DNA of 36,066 nucleotides from Candidatus Woesearchaeota archaeon (GCA_964397665.1 CAYNJW010000002.1:12525-48590); one strand, 5' to 3'; positions 8,965 through 17,506 are shown, counted from the stretch's first letter. Notes: generated from the letters alone by a model not told the origin. Numbers and translations are program-made.

Positions 8965-9132
8965 ATGGTAACAGCAAAATTCGTAAAGGTTAAATGCTCA
9001 AAATGCAAAAATTCACAAGTAATTTTTGGAAAAGCTGCAACAAAAGTAAGATGTCTTGAATGTGGTGGAGTTATAGCATTACCTTCTGGTGGAAATGCAA
9101 AAATCAGAGCAAGAGTAGAAGAAGTTCTTTAA
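8965..9132 (+). CDS. rps27e: 30S ribosomal protein eS27 (S27e), Zn-ribbon
   Basis: Hand translation gives MVTAKFVKVKCSKCKNSQVIFGKAATKVRCLECGGVIALPSGGNAKIRARVEEVL (55 aa). The CxxC...CxxC layout is typical of S27e. It lies upstream of aIF2-alpha, as in the conserved archaeal cluster. Confidence 0.8.
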   Translation: MVTAKFVKVKCSKCKNSQVIFGKAATKVRCLECGGVIALPSGGNAKIRARVEEVL

Positions 9133-9166
9133 ACAAGTTTTTATAGTTAGGTTATTTAATAGGTAT

Positions 9167-9754
9167 ATGAATGATTTAAAAAATGTTGCCCTTTTTGATA
9201 TGGATGGAACCCTATGTAATCATGAAATTTCACTTTCTATAGAAATGGAAAAATTAAGAAGTCCTTTGGAACCTAAATTCAAAAATTTAGCTGAAAAAAA
9301 TCCAAAACATATTCTTAATAGGGCAGATTTAATTCGTAAAGAAGAATCTTGGTGGGAAAATTTACCAAAATTTAAACTAGGTTGGGATATCTTAGAAGAA
9401 GTTAAAAAACTTGGATTCCATATCATGATTTTAACACAAGGACCAAAGAGCAAACCAATGGCTTGGTCTGGGAAAATGAAATGGTTAAGAAAATATCTAC
9501 CTGGAGTAGATGTAACAATTACAAGAGATAAAGGATTAGTTTATGGAAAAATTTTAGTTGATGACTATCCTGAGTATATTTTAAGATGGTTAAAACATAG
9601 AAAAAGAGGCTTGGCAATTATGCCTGCAAATAAATATAATAAAAACTTTAAACATAAAAATTGCATTAGATACGACGGAACAAATCTCAAAGAAATAAAA
9701 ATTGCATTAGAAAAAGTCCTAAAAAGAAAACCAAAAGAAAGATTAAATATTTAA
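9167..9754 (+). CDS. HAD-superfamily phosphatase, 5'(3')-deoxyribonucleotidase (NT5C)-like
   Basis: HAD motif I is present as FDMDGTLCNH. Size and layout fit the NT5C-like family. A TATA-like TTTATAG lies about 27 nt upstream. Confidence 0.55.
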   Translation: MNDLKNVALFDMDGTLCNHEISLSIEMEKLRSPLEPKFKNLAEKNPKHILNRADLIRKEESWWENLPKFKLGWDILEEVKKLGFHIMILTQGPKSKPMAWSGKMKWLRKYLPGVDVTITRDKGLVYGKILVDDYPEYILRWLKHRKRGLAIMPANKYNKNFKHKNCIRYDGTNLKEIKIALEKVLKRKPKERLNI

Positions 9755-9763
9755 TACTTAACC

Positions 9764-9771
9764 TTTAAAAA
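9764..9771 (+). promoter_or_regulatory. TATA-like box TTTAAAAA, 29 nt upstream of ATG 9793
   Basis: Recurrent spacing. Confidence 0.45.
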
Positions 9772-9792
9772 ACAAGATTACCATTAATAATT

Positions 9793-10497
9793 ATGCAAGA
9801 AGAAGATTTACTATTATGTACTGTGAAAAATATAGAAAGGGCAATAATTTTCGTAGAATTACCTAACGGAGAAAAGGGAACAATCATTCCATCTGAAATA
9901 GCTTCTGGACGAATAAGAAATATGCGTGAATATGTTGTCCCAAATAAAAAAATTGTTTGTAAAGTTTTGAGATGCTCAAATGGCAACATTGAACTTTCAT
10001 TAAGAAGAGTTAATTCTAAAGAGAAAAAAGAAGTAATGTCTAAATATAAACAAGAACAAACTTCTAAATCTGCATTAAAGTCTATTTTGAAAGAAAACTA
10101 TGAAAAAATTTCTGGGAAAATTCTTGAAAAATATGAATCTCTTTTTGATTTTTTAGCAAACGCAAGAGAAGATGAATCTCTGATTAAAGAATACATTCCT
10201 GAAGAAGCCCATAAACAAATAAAAAAACTAACAGAAAAGAAAAAGAAATTTGTTGAAGTAAAAAAAATATTAAAATTAAAAAGTTTAAAATCTGATGGGA
10301 TAAATATTATAAAACAAATTTTAAAGATAAATGATGAAAATATTAAAATTACTTATATTTCTGCTGGAAAATTTCAGATAAATTTGAAGGGTGAAGATTA
10401 TAAATCCTTAAATAAAAAAATACAAGAATTATTAACAGATATTGAAAAACAAGCTAAAAAAAATTCATGTGAATTTGCAGTTGAAGATAAAAAATGA
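9793..10497 (+). CDS. eif2a: Translation initiation factor aIF2 alpha subunit (short form)
   Basis: The N-terminal S1/OB domain is present (LLLCTVKNIERAIIFVELPNGEKGTIIPSEIASGRIRNMREYV...LSLRRV), followed by helical and alpha-beta domains. At 234 aa it is shorter than typical homologs. Confidence 0.8.
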   Translation: MQEEDLLLCTVKNIERAIIFVELPNGEKGTIIPSEIASGRIRNMREYVVPNKKIVCKVLRCSNGNIELSLRRVNSKEKKEVMSKYKQEQTSKSALKSILKENYEKISGKILEKYESLFDFLANAREDESLIKEYIPEEAHKQIKKLTEKKKKFVEVKKILKLKSLKSDGINIIKQILKINDENIKITYISAGKFQINLKGEDYKSLNKKIQELLTDIEKQAKKNSCEFAVEDKK

Positions 10498-11111
10498 TTA
10501 TAATTGATTTAGAAATGTCTGGTCTTGATTCGAGAAAATGTGGCATTGTAGAAATTGGTGCAATTGAACTTGAAAACCCTTCAAATACTTTTAATGAACT
10601 TGCAAGAATTGACGATGATGAAATTGTTTTAAATGAACCTACTGCAACAAAAACTGTTTTTCAAGTCTTGGGAAAAACTGAAGAAGATTTGAGAGATAAA
10701 AAACAACAAACACAAAAGGAACTATTGGAACATTTTTTTGAATGGGTTAACAAAATAAATGAAAAAATTTTTGTTGCACAAAACTTATTAGATCTTGAAT
10801 ACTTAATATCTAAATCTAAAAAAAATGGACTCCCAAGGGTTCATTATAGATATCTAGACTTACAAACAATAGCGCAAACTAAATATCTTGAATTAAATAA
10901 AAAACTACTTTTAAATAATGGGTGGAGTGCCATGGGGCTTTCTAAAATTGCAACCTTTTGCGGATTAAAGGATGAAAGAAAGGAACACACAGGTATTGAA
11001 GATGCAAAATTTGAAGCTGAAATGTTAAATAGAATTCTTTTTGGTAAAAATCTCCTTAATGAGTATTCCAAGTTTGAAATACCTAATTATTTAAAATCTG
11101 GAGAACTTTAG
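10494..11111 (+). CDS. DEDDh-type 3'-5' exonuclease (DnaQ-like fold)
   Basis: The Exo I motif is IIIDLEMSGLD and the Exo III motif is HTGIEDAKFEAEML (H-x4-D). The start overlaps the aIF2-alpha stop (ATGA). Confidence 0.7.
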   Translation: MIIIDLEMSGLDSRKCGIVEIGAIELENPSNTFNELARIDDDEIVLNEPTATKTVFQVLGKTEEDLRDKKQQTQKELLEHFFEWVNKINEKIFVAQNLLDLEYLISKSKKNGLPRVHYRYLDLQTIAQTKYLELNKKLLLNNGWSAMGLSKIATFCGLKDERKEHTGIEDAKFEAEMLNRILFGKNLLNEYSKFEIPNYLKSGEL

Positions 11112-11122
11112 GGTTTATAAAA

Positions 11123-11302
11123 ATGACAAAATTATCCAAATGCACTTCCTGCAAAACATATAACTTAACAGACAAATGTAGAGAGTGTGGAAAAGAAACA
11201 AAAACTGCCCACTATAAATATAGTGGTTTACGTCCTGTTGAAAAAGGATTTAGAACAAAAAGGTTTAGATATAATGCTAGACGGAGCCAACAAATTTCTT
11301 AA
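11123..11302 (+). CDS. nop10: H/ACA RNP protein Nop10 (divergent C-terminus)
   Basis: Hand translation gives MTKLSKCTSCKTYNLTDKCRECGKETKTAHYKYSGLRPVEKGFRTKRFRYNARRSQQIS. The KC-x2-C-x2-Y-x-L-x3-C-x2-CG-x2-T layout matches Nop10. Its position after aIF2-alpha matches the conserved archaeal S27e-aIF2alpha-Nop10 cluster. The last 26 nt overlap the convergent UDG gene. Confidence 0.6.
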   Translation: MTKLSKCTSCKTYNLTDKCRECGKETKTAHYKYSGLRPVEKGFRTKRFRYNARRSQQIS

Positions 11303-11876
11303 CAATTTTCATATCTTTTTCCCACAAGGGAGTTAATTTTGTCCTATTGTAAATTATCGCTGCAGGATGAAATAACGGGAGAAGTTTTATTTTTAAATCC
11401 CCTATCTTTATTTTTTTAATCTTGCCATGAATTTCAGTAATTCCTGGTTGTTTCTTCATTAATTGCAAATCTCCAAGAGATAAAAAAAACTTAGTAGCAT
11501 AATTTCCAAGAGAACAAACAACTTTTGGTTTCATCTCTTTAATTTGTTTTAAAAGCCAGGGAGTATGTGCCTTAATCTCTTCCATAGAAGGATTCCTATT
11601 TTCTGGTGGCCTACATTTTAAAATATTAACAACATAAATGTCCTCTAAACTTAAACCGACATTTTCTAAAAGTTTATCAAGATTTTTTCCAGAAGCCCCA
11701 CAAAAGGGAATTCCCAATTCATCTTCTTTTTTTCCAGGAGCTTCTCCGACAAATAAAATTTTTGCTGAAGAATTCCCCTTGCCAATAACTAAATTTTTAC
11801 AACTTTTAAAAATACTTGTCTTTTTAACTAACCTAGCTTCTTTAAAATTAAAATTTTTAGAATACTTATTTGACAT
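11277..11876 (-). CDS. udg: Uracil-DNA glycosylase, family 4-like
   Basis: Motif A is GEAPGKKEDELGIPFCGASGKNL and motif B is LFHPAAIIY. The cysteines do not follow the canonical 4Fe-4S spacing exactly. Confidence 0.8.
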   Translation of the reverse strand: MSNKYSKNFNFKEARLVKKTSIFKSCKNLVIGKGNSSAKILFVGEAPGKKEDELGIPFCGASGKNLDKLLENVGLSLEDIYVVNILKCRPPENRNPSMEEIKAHTPWLLKQIKEMKPKVVCSLGNYATKFFLSLGDLQLMKKQPGITEIHGKIKKIKIGDLKIKLLPLFHPAAIIYNRTKLTPLWEKDMKIVKKFVGSV

Positions 11877-11920
11877 AAATTAAAAGAATTAAAAGAATTA
11901 ATAAATGTTCCTTTGGGAAA

Positions 11921-12862
11921 TTACTTATTTTCAAGCTTAGAAATTAATTCTGAAACATTAACTTTCTCAACATCAAGTCCAATAATCTCAATAGAATTAA
12001 ATAATTGGTTCTTTCTTACATTTCCACTTAACCAAATTTCAGATCCTAAAAAATCTTCTCTAAAAACTGCCAACTTTTCTGCATCTTTTAAATTTTCTTC
12101 AGGGATTAATTTATTAATTTGTTCTGAGAATAACACTACTCTGATATTATCTGTCCCATCATCCAAAACAAAATTAATCAAAGCTCTCTCTTTTGGTTGG
12201 ACCTTGCCATGTTCTGCACAAGTATATCCTTCTGAATCTTGTATTGCTTTTTTCCCACATTCGGGACAAACATTAAAAAATCTTGGAGAGTACATTTGAA
12301 CAACAAGCCCCCTAACTTTAATACTCTGCCCACTTTGTAATTCAGATAAATTTTTCTCTTGAACAACTCTTTCAGTCTTAACATTTTCCAAAACAATATC
12401 TGAAACTTTAATATCTGAAAATCCTGACAAGTGTGCTTCGCCATCCCTCATTGTGGCATTCGTAATCTCAACAACTGTACCTTTTTTAATTAATTCTTGT
12501 TCTATTAATGAAATATGATTTGTATCCCATAAAACAATTCTTAAACTACCTGTATCATCTCCTACAAAAATATTTGCAACCTTTCCTTGTTGACCATTTC
12601 TTTCAAATTCTCTAACTGGAAACATGTTGATAACTTCTCCAACAAAATTAACTTTTCTCATTCCTGGCATCAACTCAGCAATCTTTAATTTAATATTATC
12701 AAACTTAACACCTAATTCTGCAGCAATTATTTGTGCAGCACCTTCCTTTGAAATTAGTCCAGATAGTTTTGCTTTCCTAGCTTCTATCTTTCTTTCAATC
12801 TCTTCCTTTAACAAACCTGATGAAGAAACAATCCTGCTAACCAATGATTCATAATTATCCAT
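11921..12862 (-). CDS. rpa: Replication protein A (single-stranded DNA-binding, OB folds plus Zn finger)
   Basis: The N-terminus contains LSGLISKEGAAQIIAAELGV. There are two OB folds and a Zn finger, CPECGKK..CAEHGK. I place the start at MDNYES (12862) because the TATA box 12884..12891 then lies at -29. The track start at 12880 would be only 4 nt from the box. Confidence 0.8.
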   Translation of the reverse strand: MDNYESLVSRIVSSSGLLKEEIERKIEARKAKLSGLISKEGAAQIIAAELGVKFDNIKLKIAELMPGMRKVNFVGEVINMFPVREFERNGQQGKVANIFVGDDTGSLRIVLWDTNHISLIEQELIKKGTVVEITNATMRDGEAHLSGFSDIKVSDIVLENVKTERVVQEKNLSELQSGQSIKVRGLVVQMYSPRFFNVCPECGKKAIQDSEGYTCAEHGKVQPKERALINFVLDDGTDNIRVVLFSEQINKLIPEENLKDAEKLAVFREDFLGSEIWLSGNVRKNQLFNSIEIIGLDVEKVNVSELISKLENK

Positions 12863-12883
12863 ATAACAAAAACAAAACAAGAG

Positions 12884-12891
12884 TTTATAAG
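12884..12891 (-). promoter_or_regulatory. TATA box (CTTATAAA on minus strand), 29 nt upstream of ATG 12862
   Basis: Used to choose the RPA start codon. Confidence 0.5.
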
Positions 12892-12927
12892 TATTATTGG
12901 TCTGGAGGAAACAATAGATTACTAAAA

Positions 12928-13200
12928 TTATTCTACTGCTCTTCGCATATCTATAACATCTGTAGAAGAAACGCCTTCGGTATCTGATAAAGCATTTTCA
13001 ACTAAACTTGTATCTTTTGACTCGTCAAGTCTTATAAATGCTATTAAAGCTTTTAAACCAAAAGCCACTGGCTCTTCTTCGAATTTCGAAACCTCTCCAC
13101 CAACTAATTCAATACTTTTGATAACTTTAGTCTTTAAATCTTCCAAAACAGTCTCAAGCCCTGTTGGCATAATTTTCAATTGAATTAAAGCTGTCCCCAT
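12928..13200 (-). CDS. ef1b: Translation elongation factor aEF-1 beta
   Basis: MGTALIQLKIMPTGLE...VAFGLKALIAFIRLDES is typical of aEF-1beta at ~90 aa. The ATG at 13200 shares one base with the stop of the upstream Zn-ribbon gene (TAATG), so the longer track start at 13221 is rejected. Confidence 0.8.
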   Translation of the reverse strand: MGTALIQLKIMPTGLETVLEDLKTKVIKSIELVGGEVSKFEEEPVAFGLKALIAFIRLDESKDTSLVENALSDTEGVSSTDVIDMRRAVE

Positions 13201-13343
13201 TATGGACCTACCTTTCCACATTTACAAGTATAGTCTATTGAAAGGTTTCTACATTTATCACATCTAAAAATCTCATTATCGCATGCTGAACATTTAACCT
13301 TAACTCCCTTCTCTGTTTCTTTATGACAACTATTACATCTCAT
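13200..13343 (-). CDS. Small Zn-ribbon protein (COG2888-like, usual partner of aEF-1beta)
   Basis: Hand translation gives MRCNSCHKETEKGVKVKCSACDNEIFRCDKCRNLSIDYTCKCGKVGP (47 aa, four CxxC-type pairs). It is missing from the ORF track. A gene of this kind directly upstream of EF-1beta is a conserved archaeal arrangement. Confidence 0.65.
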   Translation of the reverse strand: MRCNSCHKETEKGVKVKCSACDNEIFRCDKCRNLSIDYTCKCGKVGP

Positions 13344-13363
13344 AACCTTTAGGACAAATTTTG

Positions 13364-13371
13364 GTTTATAA
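13364..13371 (-). promoter_or_regulatory. TATA box TTTATAAA, 28 nt upstream of ATG 13343 (Zn-ribbon/EF-1beta operon)
   Basis: The box is only 13 nt from the plus-strand ATG at 13377, so it fits the minus-strand operon better. Confidence 0.5.
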
Positions 13372-13376
13372 ACTTT

Positions 13377-14069
13377 ATGTCAAATAAAAAACACAAAAAT
13401 AACAGAATTTATAAATCAATGAAACCTATTATTAGAATGACACTAGATTCTGCACAAGTTGAACAAATTAAACAACATTTATTAAAACAAATAGGGAATT
13501 TTCCAGAGGAACAAAGAGAAATAATTAAACAGAAGATACTTTCAATGAATAATGAAGAAACTGAAAATTTTATAAAACAAAATCAATTAACCCATTTAAA
13601 TGAAGATGAAACTAAAAAAGAAGAAACAAAGTGTATCTTTTGTGCAATTATAGAGAAAAAAGTACCAACATATATTCTTGAAGAAAATAAAAGCAACATA
13701 GCAATTCTTGAAATAAACCCACTGAGTAAGGGACACTCAATGATTGTTCCAAAAAAACATTTAAAACTTGAAAAAATACCTTCTTCTTCATTTATTCTTG
13801 CTAAAAAAATAGTTCAAAGAATAAATAAAAAATTTATGCCAATTGAAGTTAAAATAAACTCTCAAAAAATTATGGGACATTCCCTCTTGGAAGTTTTACC
13901 AATTTATGGAAATGAAACAGAAAGGAAAAAAGCAACTGAAGAAGAACTTCTAGAACTTCAAACAATACTAAAAGCTCCCGAGAAAATAGTGAAAATAACT
14001 ACAACAAAAAAGAAGAAAGGAAAAAAGAAAAATAATAACATCCCAATATTGCCACCGAGAATTCCTTAG
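13377..14069 (+). CDS. HIT-like protein with N-terminal extension, degenerate histidine triad and poly-lysine tail
   Basis: The HIT-fold opening is CIFCAIIEKKVPTYILEENKSNIAILEINPLSKGHSMIVPKKH. GHSLLEVLP replaces the expected HxHxHxx motif. The start is uncertain: the in-frame ATGs at 13419 and 13437 are alternatives. Confidence 0.55.
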   Translation: MSNKKHKNNRIYKSMKPIIRMTLDSAQVEQIKQHLLKQIGNFPEEQREIIKQKILSMNNEETENFIKQNQLTHLNEDETKKEETKCIFCAIIEKKVPTYILEENKSNIAILEINPLSKGHSMIVPKKHLKLEKIPSSSFILAKKIVQRINKKFMPIEVKINSQKIMGHSLLEVLPIYGNETERKKATEEELLELQTILKAPEKIVKITTTKKKKGKKKNNNIPILPPRIP

Positions 14070-16333
14070 GACTCAAGTTTTTTAACTTCTTTTTCTAACC
14101 ATCTCTTCCATTCCGGAAAAACTTTTTCTGAAAGAGGCAAACCAAATTCTTTGGAAACTTCCTCAGAAATTAAATGGAAAGCATTATTTGATTTCACAGT
14201 GAACTCTGCTTCCAAAATTTCAGGATTTTTAATCTTATCAGAATAATTTACAGTTTCTTCTTTTATTTTCTGTCGAAGAACAATGTTATCCCACACTGCA
14301 TCCCAGTTTCCTGCCCAACCTTTCCTATTTGCAGCTATTGATTTAATAATCTCTGAATTTCCATTTATCAAATCATCTGAAGGTTTTAAGATATCTTCTT
14401 CAACATCATATTTCATCAAATCTATAAATCCTCCTTCTTCCAATGGGTCTTTAGTCCAATGTTTTCTAACCTCTGTAATTTGTAAAACTCTTCTCCAAGA
14501 ATTTAATCCATCAGGAGTTTTAATAGGGTTTGTAACAACAACACAGTCTGTTGCCTTAAATGAAGTTACTGGCACACCTAAATCATTCACCACTCTATCG
14601 AACACACCATATGGTGAAGCTCCGTGAATAGTTCCTGCAACAACATTCGCCAAGGCTCCAACTCTCATTGCCTCGTAAAGTGCTTTGGCTTCTCCACTTC
14701 TAATTTCTCCAACTATTAAGGAGGAATCTCCCAAACGCAGAGAGGCCCTAATTCCTTCCTCTGCTGAAACCTCTGTACTTTCACCCATAAGTGCTGAACG
14801 AACCTTCATAGATAAAATATCATAATTTAATTCTCTCATAGCATTCACTGGTAACTCAAGAGTATCTTCAACGGTAATTACTCTGTATCTTGGCATAATC
14901 TCCAACATTAAAGCACCCAATAAAGAAGTTTTACCAGAACTTCTAGTCCCTGCAACTAACATAGTCCTTGCACCATCAATTAAAAAACTTAAAACTCCTG
15001 CGCCGAGTGGAGAAATCATCTTATTCTTAATAAATAATGGCAACGTCCAAGGTTTACTTCTATGTCTTCTGAATGAATAAGCAATCCCTCCAGCAGAAAG
15101 TGGTTTCTGAATAATTGCAACTCTAGCCCCGACATTCTCAAGATATAAGCTAGTATCTAAGATAGGATTCGACTCATCCAATGCCCTTCCAGATAACATT
15201 CTAAACTTTGCTGCCCAAGAATCAACATCTTCCTGAGAAACAATAACATTCGAAGAGCATTCATCATAGTCATTATGTCTTAAAAAAACTGGTGAAAGTG
15301 AGGGAGGTGAATTAATTGAAATATCTTGTAAATTTTCATCCTGTAATAAAATTTCTATAATCCCAAACCCAATAGTATGTCTAACTAAAATCCTTGCAAG
15401 ACGCGATAAATCTTGACTACTCAAAGTTACTTTCTTATTGATAGCTAAGTCTTGTAATAAATCTTTTGCAACATTGGTAAAAATCTGCCGAGTCCTTTTT
15501 AAATCTCCTAATTCTTCTTCTGATGGTTTATGTTCAATTAAAACATTCCTTGCAAGATTTAGAAGCATGTGGTGATCTTCCTTCAGAGAATACTCTGGTG
15601 GAGAAATATGATAAAACAATTTTGCCTTATTTTCATCTTTTAATATTGTAACAAAACTCTTATCACTTCCTTCAGCAATTTCATATTGATCCATAACTTC
15701 TGCACCTTCTGGAATTTTAGCTAAAACCCTTGTAAAGGTAAAATTAGGCATGATATCTGACCGAAATAACTCTGAATAAATCTCTCTGTCATTAACTTTA
15801 TACTTCTCAAAAAAGGGTTTTAATTTTTTTACTAATTTTAATTCTTCAAAAGAATCTAAAAGCCTTTCTAAAAACCTAACATACTGAATACTAACTTCCC
15901 CCTTTTTCATAAAAGTTTTTTTTTCTATTAAAAAACCTCTTAAATTACGATAAGCCCTGATTGGGTCCCTCTTCAAAACAACATTTAAGAGATTATTCAA
16001 AAAAGAATATAATTGTGAAATATCTTTTGTAAAAAACATTTTTTCAGTAGACATTATTTTATCTTGTTTAATTAACTTATTATAAAGAATTGCAACTTCC
16101 TTTAACATTTGAACTTGTTCAAAATCATAAGAATAATTTCGTTGTTGAACTAATACTACTCTTGAAATTTGTGGATTTTCACCGAGAAAATCAATTGTTC
16201 TTGCTAGAACTTCTGGAGAATCAACTAATGACGGAACTGAAGAAGCACCAAGATAATTTACATAGAGAACACTCTCTCCAGATTCCCGATTAACTTCAGT
16301 AGCATAAAGCTCACTATCTTTTTTAAAAATCAT
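14066..16333 (-). CDS. Long (755 aa) FlaI/PilB/VirB11-superfamily secretion ATPase
   Basis: - Walker A: AGTRSSGKT (nt 14927..14953).
- Asp box: RVITVEDTLEL.
- Walker B: SSLIVGEIRSGEA.
- His box: AGTIHGASP.
- It has an N-terminal extension of ~330 aa and a C-terminal extension of ~130 aa relative to the core. Confidence 0.85.
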   Translation of the reverse strand: MIFKKDSELYATEVNRESGESVLYVNYLGASSVPSLVDSPEVLARTIDFLGENPQISRVVLVQQRNYSYDFEQVQMLKEVAILYNKLIKQDKIMSTEKMFFTKDISQLYSFLNNLLNVVLKRDPIRAYRNLRGFLIEKKTFMKKGEVSIQYVRFLERLLDSFEELKLVKKLKPFFEKYKVNDREIYSELFRSDIMPNFTFTRVLAKIPEGAEVMDQYEIAEGSDKSFVTILKDENKAKLFYHISPPEYSLKEDHHMLLNLARNVLIEHKPSEEELGDLKRTRQIFTNVAKDLLQDLAINKKVTLSSQDLSRLARILVRHTIGFGIIEILLQDENLQDISINSPPSLSPVFLRHNDYDECSSNVIVSQEDVDSWAAKFRMLSGRALDESNPILDTSLYLENVGARVAIIQKPLSAGGIAYSFRRHRSKPWTLPLFIKNKMISPLGAGVLSFLIDGARTMLVAGTRSSGKTSLLGALMLEIMPRYRVITVEDTLELPVNAMRELNYDILSMKVRSALMGESTEVSAEEGIRASLRLGDSSLIVGEIRSGEAKALYEAMRVGALANVVAGTIHGASPYGVFDRVVNDLGVPVTSFKATDCVVVTNPIKTPDGLNSWRRVLQITEVRKHWTKDPLEEGGFIDLMKYDVEEDILKPSDDLINGNSEIIKSIAANRKGWAGNWDAVWDNIVLRQKIKEETVNYSDKIKNPEILEAEFTVKSNNAFHLISEEVSKEFGLPLSEKVFPEWKRWLEKEVKKLES

Positions 16334-16441
16334 TTTACATCCTCAATAATAAAAGAAAAGAGAACTATTAAAACATTATGCCTTTTGTAAATTAATTACA
16401 CAAAGTATTTTAAAGCTTTAAAGCATAAAAAAATAAAGAAG

Positions 16442-16825
16442 ATGGGAGAGATAAAACAAGAAGACCAGTTACAACCTTTGATAGCAGATTTAAATACGCG
16501 TTTACAAGATTTAGAAGGAAAAAACAGCACACTAAAAGATCGAACAATACTTCTTGGAGAAAATTTAATTTCTAACAAAGAAAAACTTGAAGATGAATTC
16601 ATTGAATTAAAACAGTTAATTAAAAAAATTGAAAAGATAGCTTTGAAAAATGAAAATACTTTAAAAAATCTTATTTCTGAAACTGACAAAATGATCCGAA
16701 GAGAGGAAATGGTTTTAATTGAAAGGATGTTAAAAGATTTTCAACCCCTTGAATTTATGAGAAAAAAAGATATCGAAATTTTAATTGAACAAAAACTAAT
16801 TAAAGAGAAAAACCTAACAGAGTAA
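16442..16825 (+). CDS. Coiled-coil protein (127 aa), unknown function
   Basis: The K/E/L-rich heptad-like sequence is LQPLIADLNTRLQDLEGKNSTLKDR...LKQLIKKIEKIALKNENTLKNL. It is divergent from the ATPase. A palindromic CTTTAAAG lies 27 nt upstream. Confidence 0.55.
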   Translation: MGEIKQEDQLQPLIADLNTRLQDLEGKNSTLKDRTILLGENLISNKEKLEDEFIELKQLIKKIEKIALKNENTLKNLISETDKMIRREEMVLIERMLKDFQPLEFMRKKDIEILIEQKLIKEKNLTE

Positions 16826-16826
16826 T

Positions 16827-17504
16827 ATGGGAACATTAGAAAAAATTATGCAATTCCAACAAGAAGGTTATAGTGATGAAGAAATTATAAGTCACTTAAA
16901 AGGGGAGGGAATTTCCCCTAGTGAAATTGAAAATTCGTTAAATCAAGCTAAAATAAAATCTGCAGTATCACAACCTGGAAACATTAATGGGATGGAACCT
17001 TCAATGACAAATCTTGTTTCTCCTGAGCCAACGCAACAAGTAGAACAACTTGAAACACAACAACCTGAAATGGATGGAGCTTATGAAAATTATGACACTA
17101 ATCAGCAATACTATGAAGGAAATTATGGTCAAGAAAGGCAAAGTGCAGAAGTTATAACCGAAATTGCAGAGCAAATAGTTAATGAAAAATTTGAAAAATA
17201 TAAAAAAAGAACGGGAGATATTGTAAGATATAAAAATGAAACAAATGACAAACTTTCTGATTTAGATGATAGGCTAAAAAGAATTGAAGAAAGTATAGAA
17301 CAATTACAAAGAGACATTATTAAAAGAATTGGTGAATTCGGAGACTCTAACAACTTAGTACATAGAGATTTAGAAAATTTACATGGTACTATGTCAAAAA
17401 TGATGAATCCTTTGGTCGATAACTATAATGAATTAAAAAAATTAAATGAGCCAACACATAAAAAACCTATCCACCATATAAAAAAACATAGTATAAAAAA
17501 ATAA
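16827..17504 (+). CDS. Protein with small N-terminal helical domain, Q/E/P-rich linker and C-terminal coiled coil (possibly FlaC-like)
   Basis: The N-terminus is QQEGYSDEEIISHLKGEGISPSEIENSLNQAKIK. The C-terminus is KLSDLDDRLKRIEESIEQLQRDIIKRI. It starts 1 nt after the previous stop. The FlaC-like call is from memory of that family and is weak. Confidence 0.45.
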   Translation: MGTLEKIMQFQQEGYSDEEIISHLKGEGISPSEIENSLNQAKIKSAVSQPGNINGMEPSMTNLVSPEPTQQVEQLETQQPEMDGAYENYDTNQQYYEGNYGQERQSAEVITEIAEQIVNEKFEKYKKRTGDIVRYKNETNDKLSDLDDRLKRIEESIEQLQRDIIKRIGEFGDSNNLVHRDLENLHGTMSKMMNPLVDNYNELKKLNEPTHKKPIHHIKKHSIKK

Positions 17505-17506
17505 AT

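Noticed and set aside
11114-11121. Perfect TTTATAAA octamer just upstream of Nop10
   Set aside because: It is only 9 nt from the ATG at 11123, which is incompatible with the -28/-29 rule. It is probably a chance occurrence in AT-rich DNA, with Nop10 co-transcribed with the exonuclease gene.
11879-11900. Short tandem duplication AAAAGAATTA x2 upstream of the UDG gene
   Set aside because: There are only two copies of a 10-mer in AT-rich promoter DNA, with no further structure.
11913-12299. Plus-strand ORF (128 aa) and many similar track ORFs: 1967..2215, 4143..4478, 5022..5225, 9220..9453, 9765..9989, 10844..11071, 11638..11883, 12178..12444, 12624..12854, 14283..14627, 16090..16293, 17129..17353, 17724..17909, 20409..20738, 20858..21046, 21267..21479, 24211..24402, 24457..24807, 24952..25158, 26540..26737, 26894..27112, 27212..27406, 27678..27884, 28065..28259, 34802..35104
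   Set aside because: All lie antisense to, or out of frame within, longer genes with clear family signatures. Their products are F/S/L/I-rich low-complexity sequences, as expected from the reverse complement of K/E/N-rich coding DNA in an AT-rich genome.
16396-16689. Minus-strand ORF competing with 16442..16825 (+); likewise 3399..3671 (-) competing with the ftsY 5' region
   Set aside because: The minus-strand products are Phe/Ser-rich nonsense-like sequences. The plus-strand products are a normal coiled-coil protein and the lysine-rich FtsY N-domain, both with a TATA box at the expected distance.
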